Below, piece by piece: positions 36,697 to 47,033 of a stretch of DNA of 64,000 bases. Source of the DNA: a virus; the IMG/VR virus record IMGVR_UViG_3300020450_000010, positions 1-64,000 of that record; one strand, 5' to 3'. Position numbers and translations under genes: made by a program. Numbering within the stretch: the stretch's first letter is position 1; each line of letters begins with the position of its first letter. The notes under the pieces are model-generated. The model was not told the DNA's origin. It did no database searches and worked only from the letters and a program-made list of their open reading frames with translations.

Positions 36697-37819
36697 TTAA
36701 ATCAGCTTTCTTAATGCTGTTTTTTTCCATACTATGAAATTCTTCATAATCAACATCTTTAAAAAAACAATGTTCGTGTAACCATGAATCACTTACAGTA
36801 CCGATAGCAATTGGAGCTATCCATCTATCATCATATCCTATGCCATATGATTCTATCCAAGGTTTAATAAAATTATTAGTTAAATGACTTTGATATGGTT
36901 TGATTTCAAATCCACCTTTAGTAGTATTGTAGGTATTGCATATGTCCCATTCTATAGGATTATCATTGTCGTACCATGCTTTTGTATAATCCTTGCCTAA
37001 TATATTTTTTAAATCATACACATTAAATTCAGGACTACTACTATACATCGTAGGATCGTCATGTCTTATTCTTTCAAAATTAAAATCACAACGTTCAACG
37101 TCTGTACAACCATCTGCCATCTTAGAATTCCAATCTAAATTAGGAGTAGTTAAAAATTTATATTGTGGGTGGTGTGTTTGTATGTAAGAATTAAAATGCT
37201 TAAAGGAATTTGTTGGGCTAATACAATCATCTTCAATTTTATGTACATATGAGTTAATTAACGCTAAATGAGGAATAGCATGTTGCTCCCAATGATGGAT
37301 ACTTCCTATCTCCTCTTGCGGTATACTATATGCATCTAGTAAACTTGGATCTAAGTAACGTACTAGATAATATTTCAAGCCTGTATTTAAATTATCCATA
37401 GCGTATTTTAAATTTATTTTTTGATCGTTATCTAAGTTAAAAGTATCACTACAACTGGTTAGCATATGTGTTGTAAAGCCTCTGTGTATTCGATTGCAGT
37501 CTTCATTTGTGGGTTCATCGGGCATGTAGCCTCTGCTCCAACTGTATCCAGCTTTTTTCAAATTATCAATAGATTCGTTGACTACTTTGACATAGTCCAA
37601 TCTGATTTGTGTTGAGGTATCATAACGATTTGTTTGGATAAAATTCCAATGTTCTTCGGGCACAACTGCATATCCTTGTCGAACGATTTTGTCTTGACGT
37701 ACGCCTAATAATTTATTATTACGTGTAAATGCAAACTTCCAAAAGTCCATAAACAAACCATCTCTTAGTTGTACTTCTCCATCAATACCAGATTGTAATT
37801 CAAAAACTATTTTACTCAT
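36689..37819 (-). CDS. hypothetical protein
   Basis: 376 aa ORF coupled to the B12-radical SAM gene; no motif recognised. Confidence 0.75.
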   Translation of the reverse strand: MSKIVFELQSGIDGEVQLRDGLFMDFWKFAFTRNNKLLGVRQDKIVRQGYAVVPEEHWNFIQTNRYDTSTQIRLDYVKVVNESIDNLKKAGYSWSRGYMPDEPTNEDCNRIHRGFTTHMLTSCSDTFNLDNDQKINLKYAMDNLNTGLKYYLVRYLDPSLLDAYSIPQEEIGSIHHWEQHAIPHLALINSYVHKIEDDCISPTNSFKHFNSYIQTHHPQYKFLTTPNLDWNSKMADGCTDVERCDFNFERIRHDDPTMYSSSPEFNVYDLKNILGKDYTKAWYDNDNPIEWDICNTYNTTKGGFEIKPYQSHLTNNFIKPWIESYGIGYDDRWIAPIAIGTVSDSWLHEHCFFKDVDYEEFHSMEKNSIKKADLIE

Positions 37820-39860
37820 TGGCTACCTCCTCTATATTCTTATTATTCAAACCTATTGCATTATTTTTAAAACTCATATCACCACCTGTGCCAAACGGTA
37901 TTTCATATTTTTCAACTGCTGTATCATCTTTTAAACTTTTATGTTCAAACCTATGAGTTAGGCTACTATTAATTATGCCAGTTTTATCTACTGTCCACTT
38001 AACACTACTCCAATAATTATTTGTTACAAAAGTTCCAAACTCAGGAAGATCTATTTCAGGACTACACTTCATTTCAAAACTGTGTGCACCAAATGCTTTG
38101 TACAGTAACCAAGCAAATACAGTATATTCATTTGCGAGTGTACAACTTAAATTTTTACTCAGTGAAGTTTTATCTATAAAATAATTAAATGTTTCTTGTG
38201 TCTGTTCAATTCGTTCATTATATTCATTTGTAAGTGGAGTAAATTTGTATGAATCTTGCAAAGAAGGTCTTCTCTGTGTGTTAATTACAGTTCCGTCAGC
38301 ATTATCCTTCATTAAGTTTAACCATATGTTTGTAAACTTTAATCTAATAAATCTATGCAAAATTGTATTCGCATAGTCTTTAGTAAACCAATTACTCAAA
38401 AATCTATTGTCTCCGATCTTTTCTTTCCAAGCAATATCAAACGATTGCCAATTCAATTGCATCTCACTAAAAGGAGCGTCACCACAAGTATACCCAGGGC
38501 TTATAGCAAACATATCTTTTCTTGTATTCCACAACAAAGCCATACTGTGCATAAATTCTTGCCTACCTTCTGTGGGGAATCCAACGATCCAATTACAGTG
38601 ATTTTGCATACCAGCTTGTTTTCCATCTTTAAGATTTGCTTCTATTTCCCATACTTCCACTTTCTTTTTCATTGCATCCAAGACAACCTGACTTCCACTT
38701 TCAACACCAAAACTTAAAGTAGCACAGCCTGTTTCTCTGATATCTTTAAACATTTGTAAATCCATACGACCGTCATTACGTGCATAGCTGTTCCAACGTA
38801 TTTCTAATTTTTCATCTTTTAGTAGTTGTATAAGTTTTTTAAATTCTTTAAAGTTTCCATTTGCAAGGCTATCAACAAACCAAAATCTTCTCACACCATA
38901 CTTGTTAATCTGATGCTTCATTTCTTCAATTGTACGTTCTGCACTAGTGCTTCTAAATTTCCAAAAATGAGTTTCAGCACAAAAAGTACACTTTGCTACA
39001 CACCCTCTACTGGTTTCTATACTGGTTCCGTCTGGGTGTTCATACAAACTGAGATCATAATCAGTATAATCTGGAAAAGGTAATTCTTCGAGGCTAAGCC
39101 TAGATTTAAAGCCTCCCATAATTAACGGTTTAGTATTGTTAGAAGTTGGATAACTATTTAAATTTTCTAGTATTGTAAGTAATTCTTGTTCACCTTCTCC
39201 TGTAACTCTAAAGTCAATCATACACGGATCATATTGGAATAAATCTTCTACTGTATCTTCAAACCAATCATTGAAAGCTTCAGGGCCACCTACTGCAATT
39301 TTTTTATGAGGTGCTTTTTCTTTTATTTCTTTTATCATATACAAAGTAGCAAGAATACTTGTTTGATAAACACTAAATCCTATTAGTTCAGTATCATCAT
39401 TTAAAATATTTTTTACTGCTTTATCCAATACAGGTTTAATCTTTGGATGAACGTCAGTATAATATGTGGGTAACTCCCAACTGTAATAGTAGATACTATT
39501 CCACCAATTTGTATAATTGTTTTTGAGTACATGATGGTAAGCAGAAATATTTACATCATGTACAACCACTCTATGTCCATAGTGTCGTAATAGTCCTGTC
39601 AGTCTTGCTGTACCATAGGGAGGAAAAATTATTCCCCAACTTGGTGCAACTACCATACTGATTCCAACTCCTGTAGGCGGATTTGGTGTAATTTCTGACC
39701 AATAATTATAACCTCTAGGATGTAGAACTTCTACTGTAGAAGTTGGTTGTTGTCGATCTACAAGACTAGGACCCAAATGACTATTATCGTGTTTAATGAG
39801 TTCACGTAGAACACTGTCTCTGTCTCCGTCACCAAAGTCGTATTTGTCATCTGCTACCAT
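37812..39860 (-). CDS. cobalamin-dependent radical SAM enzyme (class B methyltransferase-like)
   Basis: B12-binding region PPYG..L, GFSVY, VGGPEA, GEGE; ETSRGCVAKCTFC; FGVESGSQ; IVGFPTE. Confidence 0.92.
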   Translation of the reverse strand: MVADDKYDFGDGDRDSVLRELIKHDNSHLGPSLVDRQQPTSTVEVLHPRGYNYWSEITPNPPTGVGISMVVAPSWGIIFPPYGTARLTGLLRHYGHRVVVHDVNISAYHHVLKNNYTNWWNSIYYYSWELPTYYTDVHPKIKPVLDKAVKNILNDDTELIGFSVYQTSILATLYMIKEIKEKAPHKKIAVGGPEAFNDWFEDTVEDLFQYDPCMIDFRVTGEGEQELLTILENLNSYPTSNNTKPLIMGGFKSRLSLEELPFPDYTDYDLSLYEHPDGTSIETSRGCVAKCTFCAETHFWKFRSTSAERTIEEMKHQINKYGVRRFWFVDSLANGNFKEFKKLIQLLKDEKLEIRWNSYARNDGRMDLQMFKDIRETGCATLSFGVESGSQVVLDAMKKKVEVWEIEANLKDGKQAGMQNHCNWIVGFPTEGRQEFMHSMALLWNTRKDMFAISPGYTCGDAPFSEMQLNWQSFDIAWKEKIGDNRFLSNWFTKDYANTILHRFIRLKFTNIWLNLMKDNADGTVINTQRRPSLQDSYKFTPLTNEYNERIEQTQETFNYFIDKTSLSKNLSCTLANEYTVFAWLLYKAFGAHSFEMKCSPEIDLPEFGTFVTNNYWSSVKWTVDKTGIINSSLTHRFEHKSLKDDTAVEKYEIPFGTGGDMSFKNNAIGLNNKNIEEVANE

Positions 39861-41032
39861 TTTGAATAGTATTCTCCTAGCTTTGGATGAACATTTAAGA
39901 TGCTTTGATGTCTGACATTGTCTAGAGCTTCAGTTCGTTGTACCCATCGTTTTCTTAATATATCAGTATAATCACTATCATCAACTGTGATCAATCGTTC
40001 AATAATATGATCTATCCGAGATTCATTTCCTAACAAGTTATTATATTTAACAAGTATATCTGCACGTTCTTGTCTGTCAGATTTTTCTGCAAGATCAATA
40101 CTTAGGTCATCAGGATAATTTACTAAATTAAAAATAAGTTTTCCATTCTCACTTTTATTTTCTTGCCAAAATTCAATAATTTTTTCTATGTTCCATAAGT
40201 TATACAATTGAACAGTTGACATTATGTGTATTTCAGTGTTTGCCATATCTCTGTATTTTTTGTATGCTTCACTCAATGTATTCCAATCTGCTCCGCTTCT
40301 TATGTAATCATTTGTATAACCAACACCACACATACTAAACTGTATAACTTTTTTAAAGTGTTCTAATAGCTTGTATGTCTTTCCTTGTAATCTTGTTCCA
40401 TTTGTTGTAATATCTAAAAATACATTTGTGTTATTACTTTCTATCATCCAACGTAATAATTTTAATACACCTGGCATAAACAATGGTTCACCACCAGCTA
40501 GTTTTAGTGTATGCGTATGAGGTATAAGTTTTTTAACACTTTCAAATGATATTGGATCATTTAACCAATCTTTTATATCTCTAGGATTATCGCCTACTAG
40601 TTCAGCAAGTTCTGGATTATCTACAAGTTCTTCTGCAATAGCACTGCTGACATCACTGAAACACATTCTGCATTTTAAATTACACAATCTGCCTGGTCTT
40701 AAATCTAAGTACACTGGTACTTCTAAGTTATTACCATTTACAACATCAATTTCTATATCAGGAAAATTGTCTACCCATATTTTGTTGTGTACAACTCTAT
40801 CACTGCTATCACCTTGATTATAACAAAGCGTACAACGTGATTCTTTTTTGTTGTCTAACATTGTTTGCCTGATCTTTTGCATCTTCTCACTGGTCCAATG
40901 AACAGTCAGGTCAGAAACATGCTCACTAACTGGATTGTCCCAGTCGGCTACACAGCATAGATTTACTGCACCATTGGTAGCTACATACTGATGTACAAAA
41001 GGAAGTATGCAGAATTTATCTTTTTTTACCAA
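39854..41032 (-). CDS. radical SAM protein with N-terminal twitch/SPASM-like domain
   Basis: FCILPF..CC..CTLC; CNLKCRMC; AGGEP; TTNGT; start uncertain (TTG 41032 fits paralogues; ATG 41080 and 41128 are possible). Confidence 0.88.
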   Translation of the reverse strand: MVKKDKFCILPFVHQYVATNGAVNLCCVADWDNPVSEHVSDLTVHWTSEKMQKIRQTMLDNKKESRCTLCYNQGDSSDRVVHNKIWVDNFPDIEIDVVNGNNLEVPVYLDLRPGRLCNLKCRMCFSDVSSAIAEELVDNPELAELVGDNPRDIKDWLNDPISFESVKKLIPHTHTLKLAGGEPLFMPGVLKLLRWMIESNNTNVFLDITTNGTRLQGKTYKLLEHFKKVIQFSMCGVGYTNDYIRSGADWNTLSEAYKKYRDMANTEIHIMSTVQLYNLWNIEKIIEFWQENKSENGKLIFNLVNYPDDLSIDLAEKSDRQERADILVKYNNLLGNESRIDHIIERLITVDDSDYTDILRKRWVQRTEALDNVRHQSILNVHPKLGEYYSKW

Positions 41033-42725
41033 CTGATGCAAGGGTAGCTGATTTTTTCCTTGATTCTTTTTCTTTAACATCTCTAAAAACCTGTAATAAT
41101 TCTGGACAAACGTCTGAGAATTTTTCATTTCTTATATTATCTAATTGACCTGTAATTTGAAAAAACTTATCCCAATGTTGTGTATTTGCTTCTTTCTTCC
41201 ACATATGATCTAACACTGCATTTAAATGTTTTTTGGTTGCTTGCCGCCAAAAACGATTATCATTTTCAGGCCATTTTTTATCTATGGCTTGTTTGAACTG
41301 AATATAACGTTGTTCAATAAACTGTTTAACTTCATTGGGTAGATTTTGTATATTCATCCAATCTGGGCCATAAAGCATACTAATATTAAACCAGTCTTGT
41401 AAACGTGCAAAATTTTGTTCTTTATGCCACCATACAAAGTCTAAGACATGCAATACATTGTATATGCTTAATGTCAAAGCAACAGAAGCACTTACTCTAT
41501 CAAATCCATCTTCTTTATCAATCCTATTCATTCCTCGCAGTGCTTTGTTCCATTTGCCTGGATATCGCATGTATTCAAAATGTTCATACATACCGTCTAA
41601 GCTCATTCCTATTCCCACATGTCTAAAATGTTTCCATTGATCAAAAACTTTCATTGGCACACCTGCCATATTTGTATTGTATTCTAAATGCACCTTATGT
41701 GCAAGACCTTTTTCAATGATTATGTCTAACAGTTGTCTATGTTTTAAATTGATTGTTGGTTCTCCACCTGTAAAATAGTATCTATCAATATTTTCAATGT
41801 TGTCAATAATGTGTGTAAAGAGTCCACTGTCTTCCCACCAATTGTTTATTTCTGGTACATCATATTTTCCGTTTTTGTCTTTTTCAATATACATCATTGC
41901 GTGATCTCTATAGGAAAATCCGCCTGGTTTTTTGTCAGGTTCCCATTCTTCTGTCAACTTGTAAAAGTCTTCGTACCATAGGTTACTATCTGTTGGACCA
42001 CAGCTACGGCATGCTAGATTACATTTGTTTCCAAAACGAAGATCTAGGTATTGTAAAGGAAATTGTTTACTATCAATTGTTCCATCGGGTTTGGTATTGA
42101 CAAGTGCTCTTTCAAATAAACTAGGATATTTGTCCTTGGTACCTACACGTCTACTATTCACGCCCGTTGCTTCTTGCATTGTACAAAGTTTACAAATACT
42201 AGGATCAATACCTTTTAGCATTGCACTACGTATTTCTTTTAGTGCTGGATGATTTCTATATGCTTCTGGATCATCACTGCCGGTATATGCTTCTTTAACA
42301 TTGCTGTCAGAATTTTCCTTGTACAAAGTACCGTACTTGGGTTCTATATCATTCTGTGTCATTTGACAACACATTCTTACACTACCATCTGCATTTGTAG
42401 CAATATGATTCCAAGGAATAGTGCAAAAAACTTTCCAACGTTGGTCTTTGGCTTCATATTCTCTGAGAATTTTTTTTTGTTTTAAAACTGTATCGTCTTT
42501 TTCTTCTAATCTATCTTTAAGTATAGATCTAATTTTATCATTTAGGTTTGGTAGAAAATAAATTGATTCAAGAACTAGTTGATCCTGGTCATAAGTTGCT
42601 ACAGTTTCTAAAACATCTAAGGGACAATCTGGATCTTCGACCATGGTACAACGTTCCTGCATTGTACGAAATATAGCAGGATCTAAACTAAATTTATCAT
42701 GTTTTTGTTCTTCTGTAGTTTCCAA
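41016..42725 (-). CDS. radical SAM protein with N-terminal extension and twitch/SPASM-like domain
   Basis: FCTIPW..CC..CKLC; CNLACRSC; TGGEPT; YNTN. Confidence 0.92.
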   Translation of the reverse strand: METTEEQKHDKFSLDPAIFRTMQERCTMVEDPDCPLDVLETVATYDQDQLVLESIYFLPNLNDKIRSILKDRLEEKDDTVLKQKKILREYEAKDQRWKVFCTIPWNHIATNADGSVRMCCQMTQNDIEPKYGTLYKENSDSNVKEAYTGSDDPEAYRNHPALKEIRSAMLKGIDPSICKLCTMQEATGVNSRRVGTKDKYPSLFERALVNTKPDGTIDSKQFPLQYLDLRFGNKCNLACRSCGPTDSNLWYEDFYKLTEEWEPDKKPGGFSYRDHAMMYIEKDKNGKYDVPEINNWWEDSGLFTHIIDNIENIDRYYFTGGEPTINLKHRQLLDIIIEKGLAHKVHLEYNTNMAGVPMKVFDQWKHFRHVGIGMSLDGMYEHFEYMRYPGKWNKALRGMNRIDKEDGFDRVSASVALTLSIYNVLHVLDFVWWHKEQNFARLQDWFNISMLYGPDWMNIQNLPNEVKQFIEQRYIQFKQAIDKKWPENDNRFWRQATKKHLNAVLDHMWKKEANTQHWDKFFQITGQLDNIRNEKFSDVCPELLQVFRDVKEKESRKKSATLASVGKKR

Positions 42726-42736
42726 AATATCTCTTC

Positions 42737-43378
42737 CTAACTATTTAACAACAGTTTTTTATTGCCATCTATCCATTTTTGTAAATCAGAATCAAAATTT
42801 ATTTTATCTAAATCTGGAAAAATTGGTACAAGTTGATCACTTATAGTGCTTGTAGTCAAATTTTTAATATCTATTATATATGAATTTTGAAAGTGTCCTG
42901 CGTACTTCATCACATCTGTGTTTATTAAAGTGGCATGAAAATCTTTGAAAAAATCTTGTTCTGTTTGCGTTATATTTATTTTTTTTAATTTTTGATAACA
43001 TAACCTTGTCCAATATCTATAGTTACAATTTACAACTAAGCAAATACAATTAAAACTTTTAGGCCAATAATCAAATACATCAACTGTATAGTGATCCTTG
43101 TATAGATTGAGTTTTGTTGGATCATCTTCTCCTTTATAGTGTTCTGTATAATAATTTTTATTTTCTAATCCTACCTTACTATAAGTTACTTTGGATACAC
43201 TGGACCATCTATTATTATTAATTTTCTTCTCAGTATCTTCATGGTGTAGACTAACCGTTAATCGATTGAACTGCGGAACATGTTTTGTAAGTATTCCACT
43301 CAAATACTCTCCACCAGTACCAGGGTGATACAACAATACATAATCATTGTTGTTGGAAAAAGGAAATTTCATTCTCAC
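42737..43378 (-). CDS. hypothetical protein, possibly sulfotransferase-like
   Basis: YHPGTGGEYLSGIL Gly-rich N-terminal loop; weak similarity only. Confidence 0.5.
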   Translation of the reverse strand: MRMKFPFSNNNDYVLLYHPGTGGEYLSGILTKHVPQFNRLTVSLHHEDTEKKINNNRWSSVSKVTYSKVGLENKNYYTEHYKGEDDPTKLNLYKDHYTVDVFDYWPKSFNCICLVVNCNYRYWTRLCYQKLKKINITQTEQDFFKDFHATLINTDVMKYAGHFQNSYIIDIKNLTTSTISDQLVPIFPDLDKINFDSDLQKWIDGNKKLLLNS

Positions 43379-44771
43379 TGTATCCTACTAGTTTACTTGC
43401 ATCATCTAAGGCCCTGATAGGCACTAAACTTATTGCACCAATTTGTCTATTATTTGCACCCAAAGTATCTAGTCCCAACTCAATTATTTTTTCTTTGAAC
43501 TCACTTGCTCTATCCAAATAACCAGGAGGAGTCATCAATTTAATTTCTAACCAATGATCTTTGTTTACTTGCTTATGGTGATTTATGATAGCTTCACAGT
43601 TTTCTATAAATCTTTGTTCGTTACCAGGAAATTTATCCATGCTTCCAAAGTGTGCAGACATATTAATACTATTAATATATTTTACAGCTTCGCTCCAAAA
43701 CTTTTTGCTACGGCTTCCATTTGTTGTTACTAATACCCATTGTTTTTTGTAATTTAGATGTTTGAGTATATCCATAAATTGTGGATGCATACTGGGTTCA
43801 CCACCACCAAAGTTCCAGCGTATTTCATCTCCTTCTGCCCAGTGATCCACTGCTTTATCAATTGTTTGAATAATTTTTTCATAAGCATGATGTGGTTCCA
43901 CATTGTTGTGTACACTGGGCCAACAATAATCACAATCGTAATTACAACGTCTAGTAATATCCCAAAGTATTTGATGTACAATAGGAAAGTTCATTTCCAT
44001 TCCGTGAGGATTTTCAATTTGGTTATTTGTGTTGAAGCCATGTTTTTGTCCCTCAAAACCAAGATTAGTTACAAAAAGTTTTCCAACACTGGATACAGTT
44101 TTTGCTTTGCTTAATATTACATCTGCTCCACAGCCACAGCTTGTATAAGGACATTTTAACCATGTGTCAGGAGCTTCCCAATCTGTATAGATACTACCAA
44201 GTAATCCCCAGTCTTTGTCTTCAACAGTTGTTTTATAACTCCAGTTCTCAGGTGACTTAAGAAACTGCTTGTATAACTGATTGTTTCGATCACCAACATG
44301 TAGATACTTGTCAGGACTAAAGAACTCTGCTTCAAGCCTTGCTATCTCTGCCATTAACTTGTGTTGCTGTTCGCTATCTTTATGATTATACTTGGGCATA
44401 GGCCACCCATTTACTGTATTTTCATTAAGCCATTTTTTACGAAGTTCGCAATTAGGATCATCAGTGCCTATTATTGATTCACGATACTCTTTCCAAGCAT
44501 CTTCCAAATGTTGTTCATGATTTTGTTTAGTTTGTTTGTGAAAGTCGTTAATACGTTTAGTATGTACTTTACCATAGAAGTTTGAACTTGCACAATTAGC
44601 AACCCATACATTGCCGTCATAATCTATATAAAGATTACGTGCACCTGCACTACAATGCCAGTCTTTCCAATGATTCAGCCCCTGTGCAATAATTTCATCA
44701 ACTGAAAATAATTTGTAATTTGCATGATTATCATACAGTCTAAGTTGTTTATTATCTGTTGGTTGTTCCAT
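43344..44771 (-). CDS. domain-permuted radical SAM protein (twitch-like domain N-terminal, radical SAM C-terminal)
   Basis: N-terminal WHCSAG..IDYDG..C...CPYTSCGC; C-terminal WDITRRCNYDCDYC, GGGEPS, TTNGS. Confidence 0.88.
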   Translation of the reverse strand: MEQPTDNKQLRLYDNHANYKLFSVDEIIAQGLNHWKDWHCSAGARNLYIDYDGNVWVANCASSNFYGKVHTKRINDFHKQTKQNHEQHLEDAWKEYRESIIGTDDPNCELRKKWLNENTVNGWPMPKYNHKDSEQQHKLMAEIARLEAEFFSPDKYLHVGDRNNQLYKQFLKSPENWSYKTTVEDKDWGLLGSIYTDWEAPDTWLKCPYTSCGCGADVILSKAKTVSSVGKLFVTNLGFEGQKHGFNTNNQIENPHGMEMNFPIVHQILWDITRRCNYDCDYCWPSVHNNVEPHHAYEKIIQTIDKAVDHWAEGDEIRWNFGGGEPSMHPQFMDILKHLNYKKQWVLVTTNGSRSKKFWSEAVKYINSINMSAHFGSMDKFPGNEQRFIENCEAIINHHKQVNKDHWLEIKLMTPPGYLDRASEFKEKIIELGLDTLGANNRQIGAISLVPIRALDDASKLVGYSENEISFFQQQ

Positions 44772-45427
44772 TATTTTACTACTTCTTCAGGAAAGAAAAT
44801 TGCATCTTTACAGAACTCTTGTGCATGTTGATGTTGTTTGTACCCTAAATTATTTAAAATCTTTACTATAAGGTGATCATTTCCATCTGTCACAATAGTT
44901 GGACGATATTTAGATATAACTTCTTTTGCTCCCAAAATTGCTTCTGCATCTGCACCTTCGAGATCAGTTTTTAAAAAATCAATAGGAGTATCTATTATAT
45001 CATCTATTTTAGTTGTGGTGAGCTTGCACTCACTGATATTTGTTTGCGTTTCGGGATTGCTGAGATTGTGAAATAAGAAACTTTTATATAAAGACCCTAG
45101 TGCAGGATCGTCTTCGGGTCTATAAAAAGTTAACTCATCTCCAGTTGATGAATATAAACAGTGAGAAATTAAATTAACATTATCAATGTTATCCAAATGT
45201 TTATGAGCATTAGGACTAATTACAGCATCTATACTAGTAACTTGATCAAATATGTCCGCATATACCATACTGTATGTGCCATTGGCGCCGATACCACAAT
45301 CAACAGCATGTATCCATCTATTGTTAAACTTACCATGTACTATTAGAGGATAATACAATGTTGTGTGTCCAATCTTAAGGTGTTCACTGTAAGCTACTGG
45401 ATCAACGTTATAATTTATTAGGCTCAT
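44771..45427 (-). CDS. FkbM-family methyltransferase
   Basis: VDCGIGANG, TTKIDD, IDFLKTDLEGAD.EAILGA..I..YRP. Confidence 0.78.
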   Translation of the reverse strand: MSLINYNVDPVAYSEHLKIGHTTLYYPLIVHGKFNNRWIHAVDCGIGANGTYSMVYADIFDQVTSIDAVISPNAHKHLDNIDNVNLISHCLYSSTGDELTFYRPEDDPALGSLYKSFLFHNLSNPETQTNISECKLTTTKIDDIIDTPIDFLKTDLEGADAEAILGAKEVISKYRPTIVTDGNDHLIVKILNNLGYKQHQHAQEFCKDAIFFPEEVVK

Positions 45428-46038
45428 TATTTGTTTTCCAATACAACTCTTATTACACCAAAAAGAGGATCTTTTAGCACTGCTTCATTGTATATTGCAT
45501 TGGTATCTATTTCAAGTTTATCTAAATGCGTATTACTATACATCTGGTCATTTTTTAAATATCGACTTATATCTTGTTTGGTTTGTTCTTTTTGTCCATG
45601 CCAAAAGTAATGTACATTTCCAAGTTTTTGCCAACGTTTTTTATTTTTCCATTCATCTATGTTTTGATTTTCGTTTAGACTGATGTACATCCTATTGCAT
45701 TTGTTCAGTGCTTGTTTGATATTTTTTTCGATATCGTTCCAATGCAAGCTGTTTACAGCAATACCATATTTGTACTCTGGCAATTTTTCCCATGCTTCAT
45801 CATATTGCCAACCAAAAATGTCTGCTTCATTTGTCCGATCCATTCCAACAATATTTTTAAAAAATAATTTTAGATTGTTCTCACCACATCCTATATCAAG
45901 TATGTCATACCAATCATGACATTCAGTAATAAAACTATACAAAGGTTTAATAGTACAAAAAGGCAAGAATTCACTTCTTCTTGCTGTGTGTCTTAGTCTA
46001 ACTATATATTGCCAAGTTTCATCATATAATTGTATCAT
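45427..46038 (-). CDS. class I SAM-dependent methyltransferase
   Basis: ILDIGCGEN, VGMD, AVNSLHW. Confidence 0.75.
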   Translation of the reverse strand: MIQLYDETWQYIVRLRHTARRSEFLPFCTIKPLYSFITECHDWYDILDIGCGENNLKLFFKNIVGMDRTNEADIFGWQYDEAWEKLPEYKYGIAVNSLHWNDIEKNIKQALNKCNRMYISLNENQNIDEWKNKKRWQKLGNVHYFWHGQKEQTKQDISRYLKNDQMYSNTHLDKLEIDTNAIYNEAVLKDPLFGVIRVVLENK

Positions 46039-47033
46039 TCTTCTATCACATATCTATTTCTTGGTAATAATTTCTTACTCATTATGTCAAAATTACAATG
46101 ACACATAGATTTATTGCACATCACAGGCTTTGTGGGCCAGCGTATATATTCAGGCATTTTCATATTGCCAAATGCACCGCCTACTCTACACCAACCAATC
46201 ATTACACTGCCATCAAAGTCAACAACAATTTGTTCTATACCACTCCAACACAACCAGCCTTTCCAGTTGTTAGTTTTGTCATTGATAAATCTGTGGGCAC
46301 TGCTATTCTGATTAAGTTCGTTTACGTCATCATGCATTTGCATACTGCCGCGATAAATTTTCCATTGCTTTGTGTGCTTTATTTTACTTCCTAAATTATG
46401 CCACTGTCTGTCTATATATTCAGTTTGCCAATCTTCATAACTGTATAATGTCTCGCCAAAATCAATAATTAATGGTTGTAGTGCTAAACTGATATTTGGA
46501 ATTTCAATTACATCTTCAGCAACTTCTTGACAACGAGGCCATATCTCTGGATCATAATGCATCATTACATTTACATGTGTTCTGCATTGTTCACTCATAA
46601 TTTTAACGACTTCTACAAAATGGTCTGCTTTTCCTTCTTCAGGATGAAAACTTAAACATACATGATCAAAAATGTGCTTATGCTTTTCCCACCACCGTAT
46701 GGTTCTACTACTATTACTAATAAAACCTATATCATGTCCTATTTCTTTAATGTATTCAGCACCCTTAATAAAATCTCGCCATAAGGTAACTTCACCTCCT
46801 GTAAATTCAAAATAAATTTTACGTGGAGAGTAATGTTCTACAACACTATCTATAAAATCTTTAACTACTTGAAAATCGTTCCAACCAAAACTACCATCAT
46901 GCAATATGCTGGGACAATAACTGCATTTGAAATTGCACATATTGCCTAAGTTCCAATTTACTACTACCCAGTCTTTACATTCAGGATGATGATGGTCCAA
47001 TCTATTGTAGAAATTCTGTGGACCTAGTGGCAT
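46035..47033 (-). CDS. radical SAM protein with C-terminal twitch-like domain
   Basis: CNFKCSYC, TGGEVT; C-terminal WLCWSG..DFDG..C...CNKSMCHC. Confidence 0.92.
   Translation of the reverse strand: MPLGPQNFYNRLDHHHPECKDWVVVNWNLGNMCNFKCSYCPSILHDGSFGWNDFQVVKDFIDSVVEHYSPRKIYFEFTGGEVTLWRDFIKGAEYIKEIGHDIGFISNSSRTIRWWEKHKHIFDHVCLSFHPEEGKADHFVEVVKIMSEQCRTHVNVMMHYDPEIWPRCQEVAEDVIEIPNISLALQPLIIDFGETLYSYEDWQTEYIDRQWHNLGSKIKHTKQWKIYRGSMQMHDDVNELNQNSSAHRFINDKTNNWKGWLCWSGIEQIVVDFDGSVMIGWCRVGGAFGNMKMPEYIRWPTKPVMCNKSMCHCNFDIMSKKLLPRNRYVIEE

Noticed and set aside
41016-41128. Overlap of two radical-SAM genes with an A7 run (GGTAAAAAAAGATAA) suggesting a programmed frameshift fusion
   Set aside because: The shift needed is +1, not the classic -1, and no stimulatory structure is visible. 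An in-frame TTG at 41032 gives an N-terminus matching the paralogues, and TTG starts occur elsewhere here (26746, 42725).
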